The position numbers and the translations under genes were made by a program. DNA of 64,000 nucleotides from a bacterium (GTDB lineage Bacteria; Patescibacteriota; Minisyncoccia; Phycocordibacterales; UBA5272): positions 92,901 to 156,900 of the forward strand of contig JAYVHM010000001.1 of assembly GCA_043771335.1 (NCBI GenBank), given 5' to 3'. Under the pieces are notes generated by a model, which was not told the origin of the DNA, did no database searches, and saw only the letters and a program-made list of their open reading frames with translations. Positions 10,669 through 20,827 of the stretch are shown piece by piece. How positions within the stretch are numbered: position 1 is the first letter of the stretch; each line of letters starts with the position of its first letter.

Positions 10669-11436
10669 TTACTTTGTTTTACTCATTTCTTTCATTAATC
10701 GTTTTAAAGAGTCTTGTTTTTCTGGAAAAAACTTATCAGCGATTTTACGGCCTAGGAATACAGATATTTCACGATGTACTTCATCTGGACTGTCGCTGCA
10801 GTGACATACATTACGTATCGCTCGTGGTCCACCATCTTCTGTCCAGGCTAACTCAAAAGAATCTATCGAATATTTCCCTCGCACACTCTCTGAGGCTGCG
10901 TATTCTGGCTCAATATTTCCTAAAAATTTTCTAGCCAAAGTAAAAGTAAGATCCTCTGAAGAGTTAACGGAAAAAATAATAGCATACATGTCACCGCTAC
11001 TCATATATTCTACGAGTGCTTCTGGTATGTTATTTTTTATTTGTAAACCAATCCAGTCAGGAACGTCTTCTGGCTTAACAGATCCTAACGTAGGACGAAG
11101 GTCTCCACGTTTTTTATTGATACATGTAGCGACTATCTTCTTTCCATATTTTGTTAACCAGTCATCTGACTTGTCATAAAAACTAGCTAATCCATAAGGT
11201 TTAGTCTCGGCAGCTTTTCCTTTTTTTATGACTTTAGAAAAAAGAACTTTTACTTTTAATCCATTGTCAGTAAATCCTTTCAAAAACATTTCCTCTATTT
11301 CTTTGTGATGACGCATGCCGTCTGGTTTTACTAACACAAAGAAGAGTGTGTCTTTTTTAGGAATATTTACTGAGGCTGTTTCGGAAACTAGTCTTGTGAC
11401 TGGTTTTTTTGCTGGTGGTCTTTTTTTAGTTACCAT
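10669..11436 (-). CDS. ndk: Nucleoside-diphosphate kinase family protein (inserted, CPR-like type)
   Basis: VLVKPDG, EYMSSG, SVRGKYS, phospho-His motif RNVCHCSDS; strong SD AAAGGAGA. Confidence 0.8.
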   Translation of the reverse strand: MVTKKRPPAKKPVTRLVSETASVNIPKKDTLFFVLVKPDGMRHHKEIEEMFLKGFTDNGLKVKVLFSKVIKKGKAAETKPYGLASFYDKSDDWLTKYGKKIVATCINKKRGDLRPTLGSVKPEDVPDWIGLQIKNNIPEALVEYMSSGDMYAIIFSVNSSEDLTFTLARKFLGNIEPEYAASESVRGKYSIDSFELAWTEDGGPRAIRNVCHCSDSPDEVHREISVFLGRKIADKFFPEKQDSLKRLMKEMSKTK

Positions 11437-11518
11437 TTAACTTTCTCCTTTAAAAAAACAACGTAACAAAATAGTTACTATGCTAAAATACTAACATAAA
11501 AAATAAATCAAAGCAAAT

Positions 11519-13579
11519 CTAATCTTTTTTCTCTTCTGATAATTTATCTCTCAAATATTTTATCTCATCCCTGAGTATCGCTGCCGTCTCAAAGTCTAAT
11601 GCCTTCACAGCTTCTTTCATTTGTTTTTCTTTTAAGGTGATTAATTTATTTGGATTCTTTGCAAATATCTTTTTATCTTTTTCCAAGTCACTATTGATTA
11701 ATTTTGCTCTATCTTTTTTAATATCATCGGTAATATCATGTATTCTCTTTTTAATAGTCTCTGGGGTAATACTATGTTTTATATTATAATCTAGCTGTAT
11801 GGTCCTCCTTCTCTCTGTCTCAGCCATCGCACGCTCCATACTACCTGTAATACTATCAGCATACAGTATTACTCTACCATTAACATTACGCGCGGCACGT
11901 CCTATGGTTTGTATTAACGAAGTGTCGCTCCTAAGGAACCCCTCCTTGTCTGCATCAAGTATCCCGATGAGTGTCACCTCAGGCAGATCTAGTCCTTCAC
12001 GGAGAAGGTTAACACCAACCAGAACATCGAATTCACCTTTTCTAAGAGCTGTTAATATTTCTATACGCTCCATAGTGAGCACTCCACTGTGTACGTATTT
12101 TGCTTTCAATCCTTTTGTGATTAAATACTCTGAGAGAGATTCTGCCATTTTCTTAGTGAGTGTAGTTGCCAATACCCTACCTCCACCCTTTATTTCTTTT
12201 TCACATTCATTTATAAAATCATGAACTTGACCCGGGTAATCTTTCTTCTTTTCTTTTGTATCGTCTTTTTTAAGCTCACGCACAGGACGCACTTCTAGCA
12301 CCGGATCTATTAATCCTGTTGGTCTGATTATCTGCTCTACTATTTCTCCTCCGAATTCTCTTTCATATTTTCCTGGTGTAGCACTGACATATATTGTCTG
12401 TCCTGCCCTCTCTTCGAATTCTACATATTTGAGTGGTCTATTATCTTTTGCACTGGGTAGACGAAAACCAAAGTCAACAAGAGTCTGTTTACGACTTTGG
12501 TCACCGGCATACATAGCATTCAGCTGAGGCAGTGTAACATGTGACTCATCTATAACTGTTAAAAATTCTGGCTTACCATCTGCATCATGAGGAAAATAAC
12601 TCATCAGTGTCTCTGGCGCTTCGCCTGGCATTTTACCTGACAATATGCGTGAATAGTTCTCAATACCAGAACAAAAACCAATTTCTTTTATCATAGCCAC
12701 ATCATATGTTGTTCTTCTCTTCAATCTATCTGCTTCTAATATTTTTTTATCAGCATCAAAATCTTTTAACCTTTCTGCTAGCTCATGCTTTATCTCTTCC
12801 ACAGCCCTCTCTCTCGTATTTTCATCACTAATAAAATGTTTCGCTGGGAAAATGAAATAATCCTCTACAACTTTTATCTCACGCATAGATACTGGATCCG
12901 TCACGCTTAGTCTACTTATTTTATTATTTGCAAATTCTATTTGCAACATTACTGTCTCAGATATAGCCATAATGTCTATTCTATTTCCAACAGCACGAAA
13001 AGTTCCAGGTGATAGGTCGGCATTGGTGCGCTCATAATGTATAGCTATGAACTTTAACATTAGCTCTGTCTTATTCGTCTCATCACCTACTTGTAATCTA
13101 ATATTTACTTTTTCATATTCTTTTGGAGATCCTAAACCGTAAATACAAGATACAGAGGCACAGATTATCACGTCACTTCTAGTTAATAATGCCTGAGTAC
13201 TAGCATGTCTTAGTCTATCTATCTCTTCGTTGATACTTGCATCCTTTTCTATATATGTGTCTGTTGTTGGTATATATGCTTCTGGCTGATAATAATCATA
13301 GTAAGATACAAAATAATGCACAGCAGCATCAGGGAAAAATTCTCGAAACTCTTGAGCTAACTGAGCAGCGAGTGTCTTATTGTGAGCAATAACAAGTGTT
13401 GGCTTTTGTATTTGCTGTATAACATTTGCAATAGTAAAAGTCTTACCTGTTCCTGTGGCTCCAAGCAATGTAGTTTTTTGCTTTCCTTCATTTACATTCT
13501 TAACCAAAGCCGAAATGGCCTTTGGCTGATCTCCAGCAGGCGTAAACCCTTTTATATTGAATCTATTTTTCTGATACAT
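11519..13579 (-). CDS. uvrB: Excinuclease ABC subunit B
   Basis: GDQP, GATGTGKT, YDYYQPEAY, DESH, NLLREGLD, C-terminal UVR domain. Confidence 0.97.
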   Translation of the reverse strand: MYQKNRFNIKGFTPAGDQPKAISALVKNVNEGKQKTTLLGATGTGKTFTIANVIQQIQKPTLVIAHNKTLAAQLAQEFREFFPDAAVHYFVSYYDYYQPEAYIPTTDTYIEKDASINEEIDRLRHASTQALLTRSDVIICASVSCIYGLGSPKEYEKVNIRLQVGDETNKTELMLKFIAIHYERTNADLSPGTFRAVGNRIDIMAISETVMLQIEFANNKISRLSVTDPVSMREIKVVEDYFIFPAKHFISDENTRERAVEEIKHELAERLKDFDADKKILEADRLKRRTTYDVAMIKEIGFCSGIENYSRILSGKMPGEAPETLMSYFPHDADGKPEFLTVIDESHVTLPQLNAMYAGDQSRKQTLVDFGFRLPSAKDNRPLKYVEFEERAGQTIYVSATPGKYEREFGGEIVEQIIRPTGLIDPVLEVRPVRELKKDDTKEKKKDYPGQVHDFINECEKEIKGGGRVLATTLTKKMAESLSEYLITKGLKAKYVHSGVLTMERIEILTALRKGEFDVLVGVNLLREGLDLPEVTLIGILDADKEGFLRSDTSLIQTIGRAARNVNGRVILYADSITGSMERAMAETERRRTIQLDYNIKHSITPETIKKRIHDITDDIKKDRAKLINSDLEKDKKIFAKNPNKLITLKEKQMKEAVKALDFETAAILRDEIKYLRDKLSEEKKD

Positions 13580-13624
13580 AAACTTTTAAATCTAAAATTT
13601 GCAAGATAAGTTATTTAATGTCAA

Positions 13625-14713
13625 TTATAGCATATATCTCACCCCATTTCTATCAATAAAAACTTTTAATTCTTTATTTATTTTTATTTCTTTTTTGCAA
13701 GACTCTTGTTTTTCACCTTCTTCTTTTAGACTTTCTAAATTATTTTCACAGTCTTTTTTAAAAGTAATATCTAAAACTTTCCCATTTTGAACATCAGTAG
13801 AAAACCACTGATCAAAAATATAATTACCAAGTGAGTAGTAAATATTTTTATCTTTATAAATTTCTGATTCCTGCACTACATGCGGATGTGAGCCTATCAC
13901 CATGTCAGCTCCAGCATCTATCCAGGCGTGAGCCAGATCTTTTTGTTTCTGATTTGAAAGCTTATCATACTCCACCCCCCAGTGTGGCATCACGATGACA
14001 AAGTCTATAAATTTGTCTTGATTTTTTATTCTCTTTATTTCTTCATTTATGATTTCTCCGGAGACTTTCGTAGTGAACTGATTATATCCGATATATGCTA
14101 TACATATTTCTTTCTCACATACCACTTCTGAGAGACTTTCTTTTTCAAAATTATCTTTATTTATATTTAAATTGTTATTGTATGGATTACCAAAGTATTT
14201 GATGTCTCCAGCAGCCAAGAACTTTTTTGTATCTTCATACCCAGCATGAAAAAAATTATCCGTGTGATTATTTGCAAGACTTACTACTTTTATATTTAGA
14301 AATTTTAGTATCTCTACGCTACTAATGGGGAAAGTGAAAAATAGATCTTTACCATAAGTCCCATCTTCATTTAGACTTTTACTTTTGTTCTCTGTTATCG
14401 GACCTTCGAGATTTGCCATCACATAGTCATATTCATTATTTATCTCCCTTAGATTATTTAAATAATTATTAACAAAATTTTCTGCTGAGCCATATCTGTT
14501 TATCTGCTTCCTGATATATCTATCTAGCATGATGTCACCTGAAAACAAAACATTTAATTCAAATTTTTCTATTTTTCTCTCTATTTTGTTTTCGTTTATA
14601 TTATCACTTATGTATGAGATATTATTTTTACTTAAATTATACTTATAAAGTAAGACCAAAATACCTATAAACCCTAAAATTAAAACTGTAAGATATTTAT
14701 TTTTTGTTTTCAT
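13625..14713 (-). CDS. CapA family metallophosphatase-fold protein
   Basis: GDIMLDR, NLEGP, LANNH, HWGVEY, GSHPHV, YSLGNYIFDQ; N-terminal anchor. Confidence 0.9.
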   Translation of the reverse strand: MKTKNKYLTVLILGFIGILVLLYKYNLSKNNISYISDNINENKIERKIEKFELNVLFSGDIMLDRYIRKQINRYGSAENFVNNYLNNLREINNEYDYVMANLEGPITENKSKSLNEDGTYGKDLFFTFPISSVEILKFLNIKVVSLANNHTDNFFHAGYEDTKKFLAAGDIKYFGNPYNNNLNINKDNFEKESLSEVVCEKEICIAYIGYNQFTTKVSGEIINEEIKRIKNQDKFIDFVIVMPHWGVEYDKLSNQKQKDLAHAWIDAGADMVIGSHPHVVQESEIYKDKNIYYSLGNYIFDQWFSTDVQNGKVLDITFKKDCENNLESLKEEGEKQESCKKEIKINKELKVFIDRNGVRYML

Positions 14714-15365
14714 ATAATATTTCAAGACTAATCAAGTAATGATCCATGTGTCTAATTTTGTCTTTTATTATTTTTGGATTTTTGCTTTCTAGGTCCTTAC
14801 TTATGAATATCTTATCTAGTGGTAGGAACATTCTAGTTGTATGATTCGAAAATCTAAAAGTGTCTATGAAATCTTCTAAGAATAGAAGATATGATTTTTT
14901 ATCTAATTTAGAAGAAAAATATTTATTAAAAATCCAAAGATTGGTGTCACCTAAAATTATACTTTTCTTACTAGTGAAATCTTTTAATAAACTTTTAATT
15001 TCTAACAATCTCCTTCGTGGTGAAAAAGCATCCAAGTGTATAGGCAAGAAGTTAATACTATTGATAATAAAATAATTATTGAGAGGGTGCTCTACTTCTA
15101 CAAATGGGTATTTACTTAGTAATAATATTTTAGATATTCTATTTTCTGTGTTGATGATTCTGTGGTAAATTAGTTCTGGAAATGCATTTATAATTTTTCC
15201 TATGTCTTCTGTCATTAACTCTTGCAGAAATATAATATCTGCATTTTCTTTTTTTATTATCTCTTGGATTTTATCTAGATTCTCAACTTGAAAACACTGG
15301 TGCTTTCTACCAGGAAAATGTTTTAACCATATAAAGCTACCAATATTCCAAGAGATTATTTTCAT
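14697..15365 (-). CDS. Endonuclease/exonuclease/phosphatase family protein
   Basis: SWNI, LQE, GDTN, LDKIF, DH motifs. Confidence 0.85.
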   Translation of the reverse strand: MKIISWNIGSFIWLKHFPGRKHQCFQVENLDKIQEIIKKENADIIFLQELMTEDIGKIINAFPELIYHRIINTENRISKILLLSKYPFVEVEHPLNNYFIINSINFLPIHLDAFSPRRRLLEIKSLLKDFTSKKSIILGDTNLWIFNKYFSSKLDKKSYLLFLEDFIDTFRFSNHTTRMFLPLDKIFISKDLESKNPKIIKDKIRHMDHYLISLEILYENKK

Positions 15366-15396
15366 GCTTCTAATTATTTACTTCTTTATTTTTATA

Positions 15397-15738
15397 TTAT
15401 AGCACCTCCACCTTTATCTCTAAAATTTCTTCTGGCCAGATGTTGGCTTTGTTTCTAATTTGTTTTTTAATTGGCAATATATAATTCTCATCTTTTTTAT
15501 TCCTAAAAAGTGAAGTATCCCAAATCACTGACTCCTCTTTTTTATTTTTCTTATTTATTATAAAAACTTTTTCTCCATTAGCATGAATTATATTAACTCT
15601 AACTTTTACCATTGCAGATTTTGGATAACTCTCTCTTATTATTTTTGACAGCTCCTTATCGAGACTAACAAAATGCCATCCCATATCCCCCGGCCACACC
15701 CACATCTTTGCTTTAAAAGTAATACTTTTATTTTGCAT
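15397..15738 (-). CDS. DUF1905-like protein
   Basis: WVWPGDMGWHFV, WDTSLF, YILPIKKQIR. Confidence 0.75.
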   Translation of the reverse strand: MQNKSITFKAKMWVWPGDMGWHFVSLDKELSKIIRESYPKSAMVKVRVNIIHANGEKVFIINKKNKKEESVIWDTSLFRNKKDENYILPIKKQIRNKANIWPEEILEIKVEVL

Positions 15739-16354
15739 AAATTAGTCGACTACCCCAATTACTCTTTAGATTTTCTTTAGAAAAAATAGCCTCAGCTTTG
15801 GTGTCAAAATATTGCTTTAGTTCAACCTCTAATTGTGAATAATCATAGTGACTTTGCCACTTCTTAAGAGCTATTTCATTTCTTACGCTATAAAAATCCT
15901 CGAGCAGTTCATTAAAGTCAACCATACAACATCTGCCGTCTTTAGCTAGTCCACAGTTAATAGAAAAGTTATAGACATTGTCATGGTAGCCCAATTGCCA
16001 CAAAGTTACACACATTTCAAAATAAGAATCCAAAAAGTTTTTTGATTTCTCTATAGATAAATTTTTAAAACCATCTCCAAAAATAAGAACTTTATCCTGC
16101 TCATAGTCTGTATCATTCAGAAATATAGGATTTCCCAAAATCTCTAGTGGTATTGTTCGTAATATTTTTCCATAATACTCTTTGGCTATTTTTTTAAAAT
16201 TAAGAATCTTAATAAAAGGTTTTAAAAATTGAAAACCTTCTGATTTCGAAAGATCAAAGACTGTTTCAAAATAATTTTTTTTAAAAACTTTCAAAACCCT
16301 ATCTTCATCTATTTGATAAACTTTATAACTATACCCTTCTCCAATCTTTTTCAT
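15728..16354 (-). CDS. Protein-kinase-like fold hypothetical protein
   Basis: Gly-loop IGEGYSYKVY, VLK lysine, HD-x-N loop, MVDF; leaderless start. Confidence 0.5.
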   Translation of the reverse strand: MKKIGEGYSYKVYQIDEDRVLKVFKKNYFETVFDLSKSEGFQFLKPFIKILNFKKIAKEYYGKILRTIPLEILGNPIFLNDTDYEQDKVLIFGDGFKNLSIEKSKNFLDSYFEMCVTLWQLGYHDNVYNFSINCGLAKDGRCCMVDFNELLEDFYSVRNEIALKKWQSHYDYSQLEVELKQYFDTKAEAIFSKENLKSNWGSRLIYAK

Positions 16355-16372
16355 GGCTACATTATAACACAA

Positions 16373-17644
16373 TTAAATCTTTGATTTATAATACCTCTCG
16401 CAGAATTCCTTTTTGTAATTTAGGAAGTTGTCATCTAGTATAGACTGGCGGATGTTTTCTACGAGCTTGATCAAAAAGTGCAGATTGTGAGCGCTGGCGA
16501 TAGTCGCCGCTAACATCTCCTCAGCACGGAAAAGGTGACAAAGATAGGCTTTTGTGTATTTGTTTGCTGGGCAGTCTATATCATCACACACAGGACTCAT
16601 ATCGTTTTTAAATTTTGCATTAGTAATATTTAACTTACCATCATAGCTGTGCACACTACCGTGTCTCGCTATGCGAGTTGGTGACACGCAGTCAAAAGTA
16701 TCGATTCCATACTCAACACCCAAGAAAAAGTCTACTGGCTCACCGATACCGAGTAGGTGGCGTGGTTTACCTTCTGGGAGATTCTCAGTCGCACTCTTTA
16801 CGGTTTTGCCCATGTCTTCCTTTGTAAAGCTTCCTCCGATGCCAAAGCCGTCAAAATCCATCGCACCTAGAGTCTCTGCACTCTCTTTGCGCAGATCTTC
16901 AAATGCACCGCCTTGTACCACTGCAAATAATGCTTGCTGCTCAGCTGTTGCACTGCTCACCCCGAGTCTTTTGTGCTCATCTATACACCTCTTTGCCCAT
17001 CTGTGCGTACGATCCATAGCAGATATCTGATATTCACGACTAGCAAGTGGTGAAGTACACTCATCGAATGCAAAAAATATATCAGCGCCTAGATCATGCT
17101 GTATCTGCATGCTAGTCTCAGGAGTGAATCTATGGTACGAGCCATCGATAAAAGATTTGAAAGTTACTCCTTCTTCATCTATCTTTGCCATTTGGTTTTT
17201 GCTAGATTTTATTTTCACTTTTCCTTCATCGTCTGTAGTTTGTTTTTGTTTTGCACTGAGCTGAGCACTGGTGGCTATCTTTGACACACCAGTATCAAAG
17301 GCAGCTCCGAGTGAAAACACTTGGAATCCTCCCGAGTCAGTCACAGTAGGCAAAACTCGCCCACTATCGTCCACCCAGTTCATCATCTTACCAAAGCCTC
17401 CGTGATTTTTTACTAGCTCACTTCCTGGCTGAAGATATAGATGATAAGTATTTGCCAGCACTGCTTGTCCTCCGATATTTTTCACGTCTTCTACGCTGAG
17501 CGCCTTCACTGTGGCCTTTGTACCCACAGGGATAAATGCAGGAGTGAGTATATCACCATGCGGCGTATGTATCACCCCAGCTCTAGCCAAACTCACCTCA
17601 CTACTTCTCTTTTCTATTTCAAAATTAAATTTTTTATTTTGCAT
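16373..17644 (-). CDS. tgt: tRNA-guanine transglycosylase
   Basis: TPAFIPVGT, NTYHL, DSGGFQVFSL, DECT, VQGG, HLLG, DTFDCVSPTR. Confidence 0.95.
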   Translation of the reverse strand: MQNKKFNFEIEKRSSEVSLARAGVIHTPHGDILTPAFIPVGTKATVKALSVEDVKNIGGQAVLANTYHLYLQPGSELVKNHGGFGKMMNWVDDSGRVLPTVTDSGGFQVFSLGAAFDTGVSKIATSAQLSAKQKQTTDDEGKVKIKSSKNQMAKIDEEGVTFKSFIDGSYHRFTPETSMQIQHDLGADIFFAFDECTSPLASREYQISAMDRTHRWAKRCIDEHKRLGVSSATAEQQALFAVVQGGAFEDLRKESAETLGAMDFDGFGIGGSFTKEDMGKTVKSATENLPEGKPRHLLGIGEPVDFFLGVEYGIDTFDCVSPTRIARHGSVHSYDGKLNITNAKFKNDMSPVCDDIDCPANKYTKAYLCHLFRAEEMLAATIASAHNLHFLIKLVENIRQSILDDNFLNYKKEFCERYYKSKI

Positions 17645-17650
17645 ATATTT

Positions 17651-18028
17651 TTACTTCTTCTGTCCATCTTTATAATCTACCCATTCTAAAAATAAACCTT
17701 TTTCAAAACCACCCCTAATCTCTTTCTTTTTATCTCGCATTTTTAAAACTTCCTCCAGAGATATGTCATTATGAAAAAGTATGGCATCAATAACTTCTAT
17801 TAAGTCTCCCAACTCCTCTTTTAAGTGAGTCTTATCTTCTTCATCATACGCCTCCATAACTTCCTTTGTCTCTTCGAAGACTTTAGCTTTTAAACTTTCT
17901 AATATCTCTTCTTTGTTTATATATTTAAAAGAAACAGCATTGTGAACCTCTCCTTTTATTTTATCTGCATCCCAGATGTCAGTCATTTTATCCCTAACCA
18001 ATTTATTGTATATTACTTTATTTGACAT
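17651..18028 (-). CDS. MazG-like NTP pyrophosphohydrolase
   Basis: YNKLVRDK, EE..E, EELGDLIEVI, RGGF. Confidence 0.85.
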   Translation of the reverse strand: MSNKVIYNKLVRDKMTDIWDADKIKGEVHNAVSFKYINKEEILESLKAKVFEETKEVMEAYDEEDKTHLKEELGDLIEVIDAILFHNDISLEEVLKMRDKKKEIRGGFEKGLFLEWVDYKDGQKK

Positions 18029-18032
18029 ATTC

Positions 18033-18308
18033 TTATTTACTTAAAAACCAGTAATTTAAAATACCAAAAGTTATTATAGTAATTTCAAAAACTGTAGTGA
18101 CAAATCCTCCTACCTGATTTGCTTTTTTCCATCCATGATATGTTACGTACAACCAAAGAGTCTGCGCAAAAAATGCTACAACCAATCCATACTCTGGATG
18201 TTTTATAGAAGTTAAAAGCCAGCTAACAACAGCAACTATCGGCAATGCTATTTGTATAAACTTGTCAAAAAAATTATGCTTATCTTTGTGTATCTGTATA
18301 TGCTTCAT
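18033..18308 (-). CDS. Small 3-TM membrane protein
   Basis: Three hydrophobic helices; Q-x-L-W and GILNYW pattern reminiscent of PnuC/SemiSWEET-size units. Confidence 0.65.
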   Translation of the reverse strand: MKHIQIHKDKHNFFDKFIQIALPIVAVVSWLLTSIKHPEYGLVVAFFAQTLWLYVTYHGWKKANQVGGFVTTVFEITIITFGILNYWFLSK

Positions 18309-18381
18309 ATTTTTATTTCTTATATTATATCATAAAATACAACAGAAATCTTTTCCTATTTTATGTGATCCAAAAATAATC

Positions 18382-18672
18382 TTATAAAATTATCTTACCA
18401 TTTATTATTTCCACTCCTTCACTTTTTAATTTATTTATTTTTTCTACTGATCCACCTCTATTATAATCACCTATCTTTCCATCACTACGAACCACTCTGT
18501 GACATGGTACAGTTGTGTCATAATTGTTTTTCATTATTGTCCCCACAGCGCGGCTCGCTCCCGATACATTTACTCTCATAGCCACCTCCTTGTAGCTCAT
18601 GACTTTTCCTTTTGGTATCTCACGCACTACCTGTAAGACCTTCTCTCTAAAATTAATCATTCTTGTCTTCAT
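18382..18672 (-). CDS. O6-alkylguanine DNA alkyltransferase (MGMT C-terminal domain only)
   Basis: IPKGKVMSY, RAVG, active-site PCHRVV. Confidence 0.9.
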   Translation of the reverse strand: MKTRMINFREKVLQVVREIPKGKVMSYKEVAMRVNVSGASRAVGTIMKNNYDTTVPCHRVVRSDGKIGDYNRGGSVEKINKLKSEGVEIINGKIIL

Positions 18673-18680
18673 TTTATTTT

Positions 18681-19196
18681 TTAAAGGATATCACTTAATA
18701 TTTCTTTTGATATTTTCTCTGCCGACTGTAGTGATGTATCAAAAGTTTTTATATTTAGATTTTTACTTTCTAGGTACTTATTATACATATTTTTATGCTT
18801 TTCTTCTGAAAAATTAATTTTGATTCCCGGCCTAGGATTAGATGTTCTTAAGCGAAACCTACTTAACAAAATCTCATATGGAGCTTCGATATTATATTCA
18901 TATACAGCATATTTTTTTTCTTTGGCATAATCTAACACTTCAGTATTTTTATAATCAGAGACAGAATTATGATCTTCCAGGAGAATATCTTCATCTTTAT
19001 CTATTCTATTTTTACCCATAACAACAAAAAGTTCTGTAACTTTTTGCTTATCTGAAGAAGAATCATAGTCAATAAAAAATCTTTTAATAGCATCAAACTT
19101 TAACCAAAATATATCTCGCTTAGTTTCAAAAATTTTATCTATTATCGTACTCTTGCCTGCGCATGATGGGCCGTTTATAATTATTAATTTTCTCAT
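18681..19196 (-). CDS. P-loop nucleotide kinase-like protein
   Basis: Walker A GPSCAGKST near the N-terminus, lid RFRLR. Confidence 0.75.
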   Translation of the reverse strand: MRKLIIINGPSCAGKSTIIDKIFETKRDIFWLKFDAIKRFFIDYDSSSDKQKVTELFVVMGKNRIDKDEDILLEDHNSVSDYKNTEVLDYAKEKKYAVYEYNIEAPYEILLSRFRLRTSNPRPGIKINFSEEKHKNMYNKYLESKNLNIKTFDTSLQSAEKISKEILSDIL

Positions 19197-19200
19197 ATTT

Positions 19201-19665
19201 TTATTTTCTCATGTCCTCAACAACTTCATCTCTATGTTCTTTTGCTTTTACGCTTTCGTATACTTTCTCTATCTTACCATCAGTACCTATCAATACACTC
19301 ATGCGCTCTATGCCCATATACTCTCTGCCCATGAATTTTTTGAGTCTCCATGCTCCATAATTTTTTATCATGTCAGTACTCTCATCACTGAGTATAGGGA
19401 AATTTAGATCATACTTGTCGGCAAATTTCTTATGACTCTTAACACTATCCTTACTAACTCCAAGTATGACTAGGCTTGATTTTTCTAGGTCTTCCTTACT
19501 ATCTCTAAAATTACAAGCCTCAGTAGTACATCCTGGCGTATCATCTTTTGGATAAAAATATATCAAAACTTTTTTCTTTTGATCTGTATATTGTTTTAAA
19601 GTTTTCTCTTCTCCGTTTTGGTCTAGTAATTTAAAATCTGGGGCTTTGTCTCCTATTTTTAGCAT
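19201..19665 (-). CDS. bcp: Peroxiredoxin Bcp
   Basis: YFYPKDDTPGCTTEACNFRD. Confidence 0.95.
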   Translation of the reverse strand: MLKIGDKAPDFKLLDQNGEEKTLKQYTDQKKKVLIYFYPKDDTPGCTTEACNFRDSKEDLEKSSLVILGVSKDSVKSHKKFADKYDLNFPILSDESTDMIKNYGAWRLKKFMGREYMGIERMSVLIGTDGKIEKVYESVKAKEHRDEVVEDMRK

Positions 19666-19692
19666 ATACTAATTATAACATAAAAATTAAAT

Positions 19693-20046
19693 CTAAACCT
19701 GATTATCTCTACGTATAAAAACTCCCGGATCACAATCACCCCATATATCTGGTTTTGATATTTCTACTTCACAAGCTGTTACATTTTTATGTATTAGTAT
19801 TTTTTTAGAAATCTCTTCTGCTAAATGTTCTAATAGCTTTTTTCCTTCGCCTTTTATAACGTCATCTATCGCAGTGCGTATATGCTCATAATTAAAAGTA
19901 TGCTTTAGATCATCGCTTTCCCCTGATTTATTACTCTCTATATCACAACTAACAGACACTACAAATCTCTGAGGTTTATAATGTTCCTCTTTGTAATAGC
20001 CATGCTTAGCTAATATTGTATAATTTTTAAGAAATATTTTATTCAT
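19693..20046 (-). CDS. folB: Dihydroneopterin aldolase
   Basis: HG..EE..QRF, SDDL.HT.NY, LLEHLAEEI, SKP. Confidence 0.85.
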   Translation of the reverse strand: MNKIFLKNYTILAKHGYYKEEHYKPQRFVVSVSCDIESNKSGESDDLKHTFNYEHIRTAIDDVIKGEGKKLLEHLAEEISKKILIHKNVTACEVEISKPDIWGDCDPGVFIRRDNQV

Positions 20047-20058
20047 GTATTTTTATTT

Positions 20059-20787
20059 TTAATTATTATTATCAAGATCTTTCTTTTTATTACTCCTGTG
20101 GCTAATGACATAAGTCGTGACCAGTATTCCCATAATAATTATAAACTTATTCAACTCACCGATATGCATAGAAAAAATGTTTTCAAGTAAAATAACAAAT
20201 CCTATCATACCAACTATCACATACGCTGCTTTTTTAAATATTGGATGCTTATGTATAAATCTGCTAATAATCTGAGTTACAAAAAGCATGGAAATTATAC
20301 CCATTGTAACACCAACCACAACTATGTAGTAATTATGCGATAGACCCACAGCAGATACAACATTATCAATGCTAAAAATCATATCTGCAAATATAATTTG
20401 AACTACTACTCCCCAAAAAGTATAGACTTTTTTTATTTTACTTTCTTCCCCATTCTCATTTCTTTTTATATACAAGTGGTCAACAGCTAAATAAATAAGA
20501 TAAAGTCCACCAATAATTAATATCCATTTATTTTGTATTATAAGCGTAGCAAAAAATAAAGCAACTAAGCGAAGCCCTGCTCCGCCTAAAATACCTATCT
20601 TTATAGCCAATTTTCTCTCCTTTGTATTAGTCAGACCCTCAGCAAGAGAGGCATTTACGAGTGCATTGTCAATAGAAAGTAAAATTTCTATAAAAAATAA
20701 AGATACTATTACAGGTAAATAAGTAGATACAAAGTCTGCTGGTAAAAAGCTAAAAAGGTTTTGAAAAGAATTTGAAATATTATCCAT
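20059..20787 (-). CDS. TerC family membrane protein
   Basis: EILLSIDNA and IFADMIFSIDNV motifs. Confidence 0.88.
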   Translation of the reverse strand: MDNISNSFQNLFSFLPADFVSTYLPVIVSLFFIEILLSIDNALVNASLAEGLTNTKERKLAIKIGILGGAGLRLVALFFATLIIQNKWILIIGGLYLIYLAVDHLYIKRNENGEESKIKKVYTFWGVVVQIIFADMIFSIDNVVSAVGLSHNYYIVVVGVTMGIISMLFVTQIISRFIHKHPIFKKAAYVIVGMIGFVILLENIFSMHIGELNKFIIIMGILVTTYVISHRSNKKKDLDNNN

Positions 20788-20827
20788 AAAATTAAAATTA
20801 TAAGATATATTATAACACAAAAAATAA

